A stretch of DNA of 64,000 bases, from assembly GCA_025355725.1 (NCBI GenBank), contig JANXZC010000158.1, positions 2,714 through 66,713 on the forward strand, in the 5' to 3' direction. Under the pieces are notes generated by a model. It was not told the origin of the DNA and made no database searches. It worked only from the letters and a program-made list of their open reading frames with translations. Positions within the stretch are counted from its first letter, which is position 1, and the number at the start of each line of letters is the position of its first letter. This document shows positions 17,141-25,812 of this stretch, piece by piece. The stretch is from Syntrophus sp. (in: bacteria) (GTDB lineage: Bacteria; Desulfobacterota; Syntrophia; Syntrophales; UBA8958). The position numbers and the translations under genes were made by a program.

Positions 17141-17851
17141 TCAGCGAGGGGCTTTATGGTATCCCGCCCGGATCGCCGCCGTCTCGGAATCAAACTCGAC
17201 GCGGTGATAAGCCTCGACCTTATGGTAATATTTCATCCCCGGCAGATGATACCGCTTGCTGTCCCGGTTCCCGACAACCTTCTCCTTCCTTACGACAGCC
17301 GGAGCCGGAGATTTGACTGCCGCCCGCGGGACTTCGGCCTTGACCACCTCAATTTTAACGGCCCTATCCCGGAGGGGATGGAAATAAAAAATAATGCCGG
17401 ACAGAAACACAAAGAAGAAAACGAACGAGGCGACGCTTGTGAAAAAAAGACGGTACTTGCGAAAAAAGCCGGCTTCCTTCACAGAGGAGAGAACCGACGG
17501 GGGGAGGGTATATGAGGGGGCGACGACGGGTGGGGGCAGAGGATCTTCAATAACTTCGGGAAGACACGCTTCAACGGCTTCGGGCAGGCAGTGCCTGACG
17601 GGCTGAGACTCGAAACGTTTCAGGGCCTCCTCCTCATCGATAAGGAGATAACGGCAATAGCTCTTGAGATAATCGGGGACGGCCTTTTTATCCGGGAAGG
17701 CAGCCTGGTCATCGGCTTCCAGTGCCACAAGGAGAGGCAGGCTGATCTTCGTAGCCTTGGAAACGGCTGTCAGCTTGATCTCCCGGGCTTCCCGCTCTCT
17801 GCGCAGATAGGTCCCCAGCGTCTCTCTCTCTTTCTTATCCATAGCCGTCAT
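17141..17851 (-). CDS. membrane-anchored helix-turn-helix (RodZ/Xre-like) protein with a small C-terminal Ada-N/'sunset'-like domain
   Basis: N-terminal HTH region (LGTYLRREREAREIKLTAVSKATKISLPLLVALE), a single TM (FFTSVASFVFFFVFLSGIIFYF), and a C-terminal KRYHLPGMKYYHKVEAYHRVEFDSETAAIRAGYHKAPR. I moved the start to the ATG at 17851; the track start at 17875 is a GTG. Confidence 0.55.
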   Translation of the reverse strand: MTAMDKKERETLGTYLRREREAREIKLTAVSKATKISLPLLVALEADDQAAFPDKKAVPDYLKSYCRYLLIDEEEALKRFESQPVRHCLPEAVEACLPEVIEDPLPPPVVAPSYTLPPSVLSSVKEAGFFRKYRLFFTSVASFVFFFVFLSGIIFYFHPLRDRAVKIEVVKAEVPRAAVKSPAPAVVRKEKVVGNRDSKRYHLPGMKYYHKVEAYHRVEFDSETAAIRAGYHKAPR

Positions 17852-17979
17852 CCTCGATATTCCTTCATAACACACCCCCCGGTCCTTGACAATACGAATG
17901 TCCCTTCCTTCCTGCTGTCCTTTTTCCTTGACACCTCGTCATCCGTTCATTATCCTCACTCCCGGGGAATGATAAAATC

Positions 17980-18867
17980 ATGGTAAAGTGTTCACTTCTA
18001 TTATTAACAATTATGATCTGCTTCCTGGCGGGCTGTGGACCGGGAAAGATTGTCGTTAAGACCGACGACAAACAGTTATCCCGGGATTACAAGATCCATG
18101 ACGAAATTATTCCCGCCAACCCCGGCGTCTTTCCCGAGAATCAGCCCTGGCAAACCGTAAATGCCAATCTGAGAAGAAAAGTATATTTCAACGACCGACA
18201 GACAATCGTCCTCAATGAGGCGACCAAAACGAGTACGGGCAAGGATGTGAAGACCCAGTATCATTATCACGAGCTTTCCGGATACGTACTCAGCGGCAAT
18301 CTGCTCATCAGGATCGACAAGAACGTCCAGAATATCGGGCCGGGAGGGGTCTTTATCATCCCTTCCAATGTTCATTACGCCGTGCTTCCCCTCGATGGCA
18401 AGGTCTCCTACCTGGAGATATTTACACCCACCCGGGATGACCTTCGCAGCCTTCCCATTCTCCCGCGTTTCGACGAAAACGACGTGAAAAGCGTGATCTA
18501 CAAGTGGTACGCCTATCTGGACAAGCTGGCCAATGTGGATAATTACCTGCCCTTGCTGGCAAACAGAGGCCTGGTCATGCGTAATCCCGGAGCTGTTATT
18601 CGCAATCAGGAAGATTTCAAGGCCTGGTATGCGGGAATGCTCAAGAAGACTAAAACCAATACCAGCAAGGTTAAAAATGTTGTCGTCAAGCTCGACGAAA
18701 AAGGCTATTTTATTGCGGAATTCATTGTGTCCTGGGACGCCATCACCTCTCTTGATGAAAAAAGGACTTTTACCTCCCGTCAGAAATGGACCCTCGTTGA
18801 TCAGGGCGGGACAACTCCCGTCATTCTGGACACGGATTACCAAGAAACCAGCAACATCGTGCCGTGA
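17980..18867 (+). CDS. lipoprotein with a cupin domain and an NTF2/SnoaL-like C-terminal domain
   Basis: Lipobox LAGC (MICFLAGCG). Cupin-like core YHYHELSGYVLSGNLLIRID...GPGGVFIIPSNVHYAV. The C-terminal half resembles NTF2-like folds (WYAYLDKL...FIVSWDAI). Confidence 0.55.
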   Translation: MVKCSLLLLTIMICFLAGCGPGKIVVKTDDKQLSRDYKIHDEIIPANPGVFPENQPWQTVNANLRRKVYFNDRQTIVLNEATKTSTGKDVKTQYHYHELSGYVLSGNLLIRIDKNVQNIGPGGVFIIPSNVHYAVLPLDGKVSYLEIFTPTRDDLRSLPILPRFDENDVKSVIYKWYAYLDKLANVDNYLPLLANRGLVMRNPGAVIRNQEDFKAWYAGMLKKTKTNTSKVKNVVVKLDEKGYFIAEFIVSWDAITSLDEKRTFTSRQKWTLVDQGGTTPVILDTDYQETSNIVP

Positions 18868-18952
18868 CGACGGCGCCGATCTCCCGAATTTAAGCTTCTG
18901 TCTTCAAAAAACGTGAGAAATATGCATCAGTGAAACAAAAGGAGGATAAACA

Positions 18953-19345
18953 ATGCAAGAAAAAGCAAAACGCACCGTCATTTTATCTTTGGTTGGAATA
19001 TTCACAATTTTCGCCCTGACCTATCTCTGTCCGACCGCGGTCAACGCCCATGCCCCGCAAAAGGTCCTGCTGGCCTACGATGAAGTGACCAAAACACTTA
19101 GTGTTACGGTCACCCACACGCGCTTCTCTGAGGGCCACTATATCGAGAGGGTAGTGATCAAGAAGAACGGAACAGTCGTGGCTACGCAGGATTACAAAAG
19201 CCAGCCCTCGGAAACATTTACCTATACCTACAAGATTGATGCAGTCAACGGCGATACCCTGGACGTTAAGGCCTCATGCAGCAGGTTCGGTTCCACATCC
19301 GAAAAAATTACCGTTGGGAAGGATCCAAGCAAAACTCCCAAATAA
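18953..19345 (+). CDS. exported small beta-sandwich protein, distantly desulfoferrodoxin/neelaredoxin-like
   Basis: Strong RBS and a signal/anchor segment. HAPQKVLLAYDEVTKTLSVTVTHTRFSEGHYIERVVIKKNG...LDVKASCSRFG mirrors the SOR pattern (H.P...V.V.H....HYI..I...ng......C..HG), but the last His ligand is absent. Confidence 0.35.
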   Translation: MQEKAKRTVILSLVGIFTIFALTYLCPTAVNAHAPQKVLLAYDEVTKTLSVTVTHTRFSEGHYIERVVIKKNGTVVATQDYKSQPSETFTYTYKIDAVNGDTLDVKASCSRFGSTSEKITVGKDPSKTPK

Positions 19346-19373
19346 TCGAACATACCTCTGACAAAAAGAGTGA

Positions 19374-19778
19374 ATGGAAATGTCAACCTTCTATATCCAT
19401 GTCTTTTTCATGACCGCAGGATTGCTGGCAATGACCGCAGGGGTCAGCGTTGCCAGATTCCTGCGGCGGAAGCAATGGTGGCTGAAGATACATCGCACTG
19501 CGGGAATCACCGGGGCGGTGTGCCTTAGCGCCGGATTTGCGGCAGCCGTCGTCATGGTTTCCCAATCCGGAGACGGACAATTCAAGGTCCCCCATGCCTG
19601 GTTGGGCCTGGCAACAGTTCTTTGCGCGGTTGCCGCGCCCACCCTGGGGCATCTCCAATTTAAAATTCGCTCAAAAATCCAGCAACTCCGCCTCTGGCAC
19701 CGACGGACCGGATATGCAGCCCTGATCCTGACCCTGTTATCGGTGCTGTCGGGACTGTTTGTCGCCGGGATAATTTAA
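19374..19778 (+). CDS. four-TM membrane protein with a conserved His in each helix (cytochrome-b-like)
   Basis: There are four hydrophobic helices, each containing His: YIHVFF..., KIHRTAG..., VPHAWLG...LGHLQF, and LWHRRTG.... The gene starts 28 nt after the preceding gene. Confidence 0.5.
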   Translation: MEMSTFYIHVFFMTAGLLAMTAGVSVARFLRRKQWWLKIHRTAGITGAVCLSAGFAAAVVMVSQSGDGQFKVPHAWLGLATVLCAVAAPTLGHLQFKIRSKIQQLRLWHRRTGYAALILTLLSVLSGLFVAGII

Positions 19779-19780
19779 CC

Positions 19781-19823
19781 GTCATGAAAAAGATCTTCAA
19801 GATCCCCACACCTTTTTCATGAC
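19781..19823. repeat. nested inverted repeat immediately after a stop codon
   Basis: The perfect 12-bp arms GTCATGAAAAAG / CTTTTTCATGAC enclose the palindrome GATCTT-C-AAGATC. No T-run follows, so this is not a canonical terminator. Confidence 0.55.
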
Positions 19824-19894
19824 GGTGGTATTACGCTACCCGGAACTACCGCCTCGTCTCAACGGGATATCCAGAATCGGCTATCCGGAGACGG

Positions 19895-20035
19895 ATGAAC
19901 CACCAGTTTGTCATTCCGGCGATTTCCCTGTTTGGGATTGTTGTTACGATACTGGGATTCGACAACAGCACAATGATCTATATGGCGTCTCCCCTGGTTG
20001 CCTATGCAGTTGACCGCTATTCCAAAAAAATATAG
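19895..20035 (+). CDS. possible 46-aa hydrophobic peptide (below the ORF-track size cut-off)
   Basis: An ATG preceded by GGAG encodes MNHQFVIPAISLFGIVVTILGFDNSTMIYMASPLVAYAVDRYSKKI. This is my own reading and has no homology basis. Confidence 0.2.
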   Translation: MNHQFVIPAISLFGIVVTILGFDNSTMIYMASPLVAYAVDRYSKKI

Positions 20036-20108
20036 CAAAACAGCATGGTTCGGATTGCGATGATTTCGCCAGTATCTTTCCTGAAATCGTTAAGCTAACA
20101 AATTTTTA

Positions 20109-20117
20109 TGATATAAT
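20109..20117 (+). promoter_or_regulatory. extended -10 promoter element TGaTATAAT
   Basis: TGATATAAT at 20109-20117 has a weak -35-like TTAAGC 16 nt upstream and lies ~70 nt before the 20189 ORF. Confidence 0.35.
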
Positions 20118-20188
20118 AGATTCCGAATGGAAATCGTGATAGTAAATTTAACGCATGAAAGACAGCGGAGGTCAGGGACAGGATATCG

Positions 20189-21280
20189 TTGTCAGACTTC
20201 CTGCCCGAATTTGATGGCAGAATCTTCGATTTTAGCCGAGACGATTTTCTGGCTGGCCTTGCCTCCGCCGCACTCCACCTTGGAAATCCGGACTGGATGG
20301 TGTATCATTGGGGATGTTTTGTATTGCACACAGGTGGCCAGGCGAAGCTGGTGCTCAGCCTCGATCAGGTGGCCACCCTTGGTCTGCAATTACAACGTCT
20401 CTCGCACTTCGACAATTTCAAGGGCCTGATAGATGGCTTTCGTAACCCACCTCAATTCGAAGATACGCGCTTTGAAGTCAAGGTTGCCAACCTTTTTGCA
20501 CAACTAGACTGGGTCGAGAAGATCAGATTTGCGCCCGAGCAAAAGGTAAGGGGGCGGGTAAAACGTCCCGATTTCGAGGCAACTGGCATCTATGCAAATT
20601 TATATGTGGAATGCAAAAGGTGTCACCTGTTTTTCCAGAATGCACTGTCTTCTTTGAACAAAATTTCAGCGCGGTTCAACAAGGTCATGAAAGAGTACAA
20701 TTGGCCAAACAATCTGCGGCTCGAAGTAGAGATAGCAGGGCCTCTGGCTGGAAAAATCGACAGTTTCATCCGTACTACGGTGCAAGCTGCAATGGAAACA
20801 GGTGCGATAGCCGCACCTATTACTACCGGACCGTTTCGATCGTATGTGGTGTTCCGTCCTGATGCGTTTCGTCTCCCGTCGGCCAACTGGATTAAAGACA
20901 CAATGATCGGCGGCGACGTCGCCACAGGTATTCTAAATCCAGAATTTACCATGCTACGTGTAGCGAACTACCGCGCTCACAAGAGGTTCCGGAGTTCTGT
21001 CGGTACCCGTGTGAATGTAGCTCTTCACCAATTGCAAGAGGACAAACAGTGTATGATATTTATTGGGGACATACCAGTTCACATTGGACAATCTGTATGC
21101 GAACAGCGGCTGCTTGACCGAGTCTATGATCACATAATCGCTTTTGGAATCTGGGAAACTGAAGAACCTGAGCCAACATTATTTTGTCGAGGTAAGGATG
21201 GCGAGCGTGTTGGCTTGTTTTTCGGATCAACCTCTTCAGGTACCCCCCCACAAAAAGGATGCCAAGGGAGCAGGTATTGA
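20189..21280 (+). CDS. hypothetical protein with a PD-(D/E)xK nuclease-like motif
   Basis: 363-aa ORF (TTG start in the track; the first ATG is 36 codons in). It contains ...VKRPDFEATGIYANLYVECKR..., the spacing expected for a restriction-endonuclease-fold D...ExK core. It is flanked by long non-coding stretches and has a lower GC than its neighbours. Confidence 0.35.
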   Translation: MSDFLPEFDGRIFDFSRDDFLAGLASAALHLGNPDWMVYHWGCFVLHTGGQAKLVLSLDQVATLGLQLQRLSHFDNFKGLIDGFRNPPQFEDTRFEVKVANLFAQLDWVEKIRFAPEQKVRGRVKRPDFEATGIYANLYVECKRCHLFFQNALSSLNKISARFNKVMKEYNWPNNLRLEVEIAGPLAGKIDSFIRTTVQAAMETGAIAAPITTGPFRSYVVFRPDAFRLPSANWIKDTMIGGDVATGILNPEFTMLRVANYRAHKRFRSSVGTRVNVALHQLQEDKQCMIFIGDIPVHIGQSVCEQRLLDRVYDHIIAFGIWETEEPEPTLFCRGKDGERVGLFFGSTSSGTPPQKGCQGSRY

Positions 21281-21504
21281 CATGGAATAAGGGTGCCGAA
21301 AAATCCGACACCACGGGGCTCACGACGACACTCCATTTCAATCCGTAATCATAGTTTCTTGGAAACCTCGATAGCTAAGCACACAAGATGTACTGCGTAA
21401 GGATTGATCACCCATTATAAGTTGATCCATATACAGCGAATTAATGGAAGAGACCTCCTGTCATTGACAGGGATTATGTTTAGGATCATGGCCAGGCATC
21501 CTTC

Positions 21505-22191
21505 TTACTTGTAGAATTTAGAGAGACGCTCCGGAGAGACGCCGAAAAAGTAAAGGCTGATCAGCAGCCAGTTCCGGAGTGTACACAAGAGGATCCCTTC
21601 CTTTTCCCAGCGGCGTGCCGATGTCGTGACAGAGCGATTAAGAATGGCAATCCTCCCCCCCCGTTTCTTGATGCGCCGCATGATTTCCACATCCTCCATA
21701 AGGGGAATATTTGCAAAGCCGCCAATATCATTAAAGTAATCCCTACGGAAGAAGAACGTCTGGTCTCCATAGGGGATGCGGGTAATCCGGGAGCGGAAAG
21801 AAGCGATTTTTGCGAGCAAACGGTAAATGGGCCGGCCGGAGTCGATAGCCAGATCAAAGGCGCCGACCAGGCAGACAGGATCACTTAAAGCTCCTTCCAT
21901 GAGGGCAAACGCATCGGGGGGGAGGCGGGTATCGGCATGGAGAAAGACGACGATGTCGCCCCGGGCCATAGCGGCGCCCCTGTTCATCTGGTTCCCCCGT
22001 CCTTTTTCACCTGTTGCGGTTCTGACATTTCCATTCCGTATAACCCCGATCGTTTCCCCCGACCTGTCTCCGTCCACGACGATAATTTCCATGGATGCAG
22101 ACACCTGGAGAGTTTCAAGGTGTTCAATAGTTGAATTGATAACGCCTTCTTCATGGATGACAGAAATGATAATTGAAAAGTGAGGAGGCAT
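21505..22191 (-). CDS. family-2 glycosyltransferase of the 'rSAM/selenodomain-associated transferase 2' type
   Basis: FSIIISVIHEEGVI...IIVVDGDRSGET...RGNQMNRGAAMARGDIVVFLHADTRLP...IPYGDQTFFFRRDYFNDIGGF..PLMEDVEIMRRIKKRG. The start overlaps the upstream stop (TGATG). Confidence 0.75.
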   Translation of the reverse strand: MPPHFSIIISVIHEEGVINSTIEHLETLQVSASMEIIVVDGDRSGETIGVIRNGNVRTATGEKGRGNQMNRGAAMARGDIVVFLHADTRLPPDAFALMEGALSDPVCLVGAFDLAIDSGRPIYRLLAKIASFRSRITRIPYGDQTFFFRRDYFNDIGGFANIPLMEDVEIMRRIKKRGGRIAILNRSVTTSARRWEKEGILLCTLRNWLLISLYFFGVSPERLSKFYK

Positions 22192-22871
22192 CAGCAGTGT
22201 TTAGTAAAGCCGTGATCCTGCAGGCAGGATATGGTTTTTGAGCCGGCAAATCCCGTTTTCTCGCTGTCATTGATCAGGGCGACGACATCCTCCGGCCGGT
22301 CAATATCTCTCCAGGCGGGAAGGACATGGACTCTTTTTCCTGCGCTTTCAAGGATATCCATCGTTGTTTTGTAGACGCTTTCCGTACCCCAGTCTATTCC
22401 CTCGAAGGCCTCGGGGGTGAATGATTCTATGCAAAAGCCGATCAGGTAATATCCCCCGTCATAGGAAGGACCGATGACGGCGTCGCTTTTTTCCAGGGCC
22501 TGGAAGGCTTCTTTAATGATCTGGGGCGGAAGATCGGGACTATCGCTCCCGATAACGACAACCGCCTGATATCCATCAGAAAAGCATTTTTTGAAGGCGT
22601 TTTGCATCTTTTTACCAAGACCTGTCCCTGTCTGGGGCATATATGAATAAGTATTTCCGAAATCTTTACTGAAATCGTTTTTTCTTTCCCGGGGATGATA
22701 AGCTATCCGGAACCGGTAGTCGCCATTCGAAAGTCTTTCCAGCAGGTCCTCGATGAAGGCACGGTAGAGACGGACGACCATGTCCTCATCCCAATATTGA
22801 CTAAGCCGGGATTTAACCTTCCCCTTATCCGGGTATTTGACAAACATGATAAGACATCGTTCTTTGTCCAT
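22191..22871 (-). CDS. DUF2064 GT-A-like protein ('rSAM/selenodomain-associated transferase 1' type)
   Basis: CLIMFVKYPDKGKVKSRL...QTGTGLGKKMQNAF...VVVIGSDSPDLPPQII...DAVIGPSYDGGYYLIG. I moved the start to the ATG at 22871; the track start at 22937 is a TTG. Confidence 0.72.
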   Translation of the reverse strand: MDKERCLIMFVKYPDKGKVKSRLSQYWDEDMVVRLYRAFIEDLLERLSNGDYRFRIAYHPRERKNDFSKDFGNTYSYMPQTGTGLGKKMQNAFKKCFSDGYQAVVVIGSDSPDLPPQIIKEAFQALEKSDAVIGPSYDGGYYLIGFCIESFTPEAFEGIDWGTESVYKTTMDILESAGKRVHVLPAWRDIDRPEDVVALINDSEKTGFAGSKTISCLQDHGFTKHC

Positions 22872-22994
22872 TTTTTTATTTAACCTGGAATTTATTATTC
22901 GCGGGCTGAGTATAGGAAGAAGGGCCTTGGGTGTCAAGAGGCGAGTTTTTCGTAATCATTTCACAGGACCCCATGTACTTGAGACATATTATTA

Positions 22995-23023
22995 TTGACA
23001 TGCTCCCTGGGATTGTTTATATG
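22995..23023 (+). promoter_or_regulatory. sigma70-like promoter (TTGACA-17-TATATG)
   Basis: TTGACA at 22995-23000, a 17-nt spacer, then TATATG at 23018-23023. This would give a ~200-nt leader before the mauE-like start. Confidence 0.35.
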
Positions 23024-23235
23024 CTCGTCGTTACATTATGCTTTCTCTGGATGGATTAAGAGTGAAATCGATGAGTTACTTATTGTTATTCTTCACACCG
23101 TTAATATGAGGCGCTGACAGAGAACCCGGGTGGTTCTCCGAACAACGCCGTCTTGCCGTCTCGCCGCTTCTGACCCCTTAGCCTCTTGAGGGTCATGCCG
23201 CGGGGAACGCGGTATGGCGCCAAAAGGAGGCGGAA

Positions 23236-23748
23236 TTGGTCACACAAAATTCCCGAAACTCGTTTTATTTAAGCAGGATCAGAACCATTTTCCGGCAGGG
23301 ATTGGTTCATCCCTGGCCCTACCGGATCGTTCGGCTTGCCCTGGCAGCCCTCTTCATCTATGGCAGCGTCACCAAGCTCATTGATCCCAAGGCCTTCGCA
23401 GCGACGATCTCTGCTTATGATCTCGTCCCGGAAGCTTTCCTTCCCATTGTCGCCATCGGTCTGCCCCTTATCGAAACGATTGCCGGCCTCGCCCTGGTCT
23501 TTGACCGTCCCTGGGGACTCCATCTGATCACGTTACTTTTGGCCTTGTTCGTGTTTGTCCTCGGTTACGGCATCCTCGGCGATTTGAATATCGATTGCGG
23601 TTGCTTCGGAGTCGAGGATCTGGACAAGCGGGCGGGCTTGCGGGAGGCCTTTTACCGCGACCTTGTCCTTATCGGCATCGTTGCGCCGTATCTCTATCTC
23701 TCCCGGCGGGTACGGGCAGCGGCCACGGTCAGGGACGACGGGCGGTGA
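23236..23748 (+). CDS. MauE/DoxX-family redox-associated membrane protein
   Basis: TTG start with AAGGAGG 5 nt upstream. LALAALFIYGSVTKLIDPKAFAATISAYDLVPEAFLPIVAIGLPLIETIAGLALVF and the DCGCFG motif are present. Confidence 0.65.
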   Translation: MVTQNSRNSFYLSRIRTIFRQGLVHPWPYRIVRLALAALFIYGSVTKLIDPKAFAATISAYDLVPEAFLPIVAIGLPLIETIAGLALVFDRPWGLHLITLLLALFVFVLGYGILGDLNIDCGCFGVEDLDKRAGLREAFYRDLVLIGIVAPYLYLSRRVRAAATVRDDGR

Positions 23749-23868
23749 CTGTTGTGGCAAGGGATGTCCCTTTTCGTTTGAAATGCCCGTCACATAAGCA
23801 GGGATCACCGTCCGGCGCGCCTGAGGTATTTTTGAAGGAGAATTCATAAAAATATGGGAGGTTATACA

Positions 23869-25725
23869 ATGATGAGGCTATTTTTGCGTTTTGTTTTTTA
23901 TCTGTCCATCGTCTTTCTGATTTTGGCGGTAAGTTATCCCGCTATTACCCATTCCGCCGGCGCTACGTCTACGCAGTCCCTTGCCGTTAATGATTATCCG
24001 AATGCGCAGCTTCTGGTTTCGACAAAATGGCTGGAGGAAAATATCCAGGCGAAAAACCTGGCCGTCATCGATGTCCGCACCCAAGGGTACAAGGACGGAC
24101 ACATTCCGGGGGCGATCAACCTGCGGCCTGACGATTTCAAAATGGAGAAGGCGGCCCGGAATATTACCGGGTTGGAGACCAAACTGCGGTTAGCCGGGTT
24201 GCATAAAGATCTGAAATATATCATTTATGACGATCCGTCCGCTTCCCGGCCGGCGGCGGGGCTGTTTTTCCGGCTCTTTGAGCAGCTTGGCTGTGCGGAT
24301 GTGCACATCCTGGACGGAGGCTGGGCTAAATGGGCGGCCGAAGGGCGGCCGATACAAAAGGAAGAGACCCGCAAGCCCGTATCGGGAAAATTCAAGGGGG
24401 ACGTTAAAAATGCCGTCACCGTAAAGGCCGATTATATCCTGAAAAAATCAACCAATAAGGAATTTGCCCTGATTGACGCCCGGAGCACTGAGGAATTCAA
24501 CGGCTGGCAGCTTCACGGCGAGAAGCGCGGCGGTCATATTCCGGGGGCCGTCAATATCGACTCTCGTTCCTTTTACGGCCCTGATAAAACCATCTTGCCC
24601 TCCGGAGAGATAAAAAAGCTCCTTACGTCCCGGGGCATCACGGACGGAAAAGAGGTCGTTTCCTACTGCACCGACGGGACCAGGAGCGGCTTTACCTATT
24701 TCATTTTAAGATTGATGGGTTATCAAAATTGCTCCGTCTATGACAGATCCATCCTCGCCTGGGCTGCCGACCCGTCGCTGCCCATGGACAAGCTCGCCCG
24801 TTATGAAAAGCTCGTTTATCCCGCCTGGCTGAAAGCTTTGGTGGAGGGGAAGAACCCGCCCAATTACTCAGGTAAGAAGTATGTGGTCCTCGAGGCTCGC
24901 TATACCGGCTTTTCCGTGGCCCAATTAGCGTCCATCCGCGAGACCGGTTATATCCCCGGGGCCGTATCCGTGAATATCTGTTATTTCGATCTCGGCAAAG
25001 ACACGACGAATTACTACCCCAACTGGAGTCATCCGGATCACGGCAATCTGTTGCCCCCCGATAAGCTGCGGAAGGCGATCGCGGATCTGGGCATCACGAA
25101 AGATACCGTCGTTATCGTATACGGAAACGGTAAGATTATCCCCATGATTGCCTCGCGGGCCGCCTGGGCGCTGATGTATGCGGGCGTCGAAGACGTCAGG
25201 ATTCTAAACGGCGGGTTTACCGCCTGGACCGCGGCAGGTTACCCCGTCGCGACGTCGCCCGCACCCCCCCAAGCCGCCGCCGATTTCGGGGCCGCCGTAC
25301 CTGTACATCCCGAATATTACGCAAAAATGGATTATGTCCGCTCCCTGGCCCAGGGACAAAATAAGACGGCCTACCTTGTTGATGTACGCAAGTTTGAAGA
25401 GTTCGACGGCCGTCTCTGTCCCTATCCCTTTTTTGACAAGAAAGGTCATATCCCCGGCGCCGTTTGGCAGGGAGACTGGGATACCCTGGTTAACATGAAA
25501 GACGATACCTACCGCAGTTACCCCGAGGTTAGAGAGAAATGGAACAAGCTGGGAATCACGCCGGACAAGGAACCGGTATTTTACTGCGGAGGCGGCTGGC
25601 GGTCGAGCATCGGATTTTTGTATGCCTATCTCATGGGATTTGAAAGGATGAGAAATTATGACGGCGGCTTCTATGAATGGAGCTTTTATCCGGAAAATCG
25701 GATCATAGCCAATGCCCCGAAATAG
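23869..25725 (+). CDS. exported multi-domain rhodanese sulfurtransferase (four rhodanese modules, two with active-site Cys loops)
   Basis: I chose the start MMRLF... with GGGAGG upstream. There is a signal peptide and repeated GHIPGA motifs. The active loops are YCTDGTRSG and YCGGGWRSS. Confidence 0.85.
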   Translation: MMRLFLRFVFYLSIVFLILAVSYPAITHSAGATSTQSLAVNDYPNAQLLVSTKWLEENIQAKNLAVIDVRTQGYKDGHIPGAINLRPDDFKMEKAARNITGLETKLRLAGLHKDLKYIIYDDPSASRPAAGLFFRLFEQLGCADVHILDGGWAKWAAEGRPIQKEETRKPVSGKFKGDVKNAVTVKADYILKKSTNKEFALIDARSTEEFNGWQLHGEKRGGHIPGAVNIDSRSFYGPDKTILPSGEIKKLLTSRGITDGKEVVSYCTDGTRSGFTYFILRLMGYQNCSVYDRSILAWAADPSLPMDKLARYEKLVYPAWLKALVEGKNPPNYSGKKYVVLEARYTGFSVAQLASIRETGYIPGAVSVNICYFDLGKDTTNYYPNWSHPDHGNLLPPDKLRKAIADLGITKDTVVIVYGNGKIIPMIASRAAWALMYAGVEDVRILNGGFTAWTAAGYPVATSPAPPQAAADFGAAVPVHPEYYAKMDYVRSLAQGQNKTAYLVDVRKFEEFDGRLCPYPFFDKKGHIPGAVWQGDWDTLVNMKDDTYRSYPEVREKWNKLGITPDKEPVFYCGGGWRSSIGFLYAYLMGFERMRNYDGGFYEWSFYPENRIIANAPK

Positions 25726-25812
25726 ACAGGGCATAGTCGAAAAGTTTGCTGATTTCGGTGCCTTGAAGAAGGTAAATAATATTTCATTAACAACAGGAAA
25801 GGAGAAGGAAGA

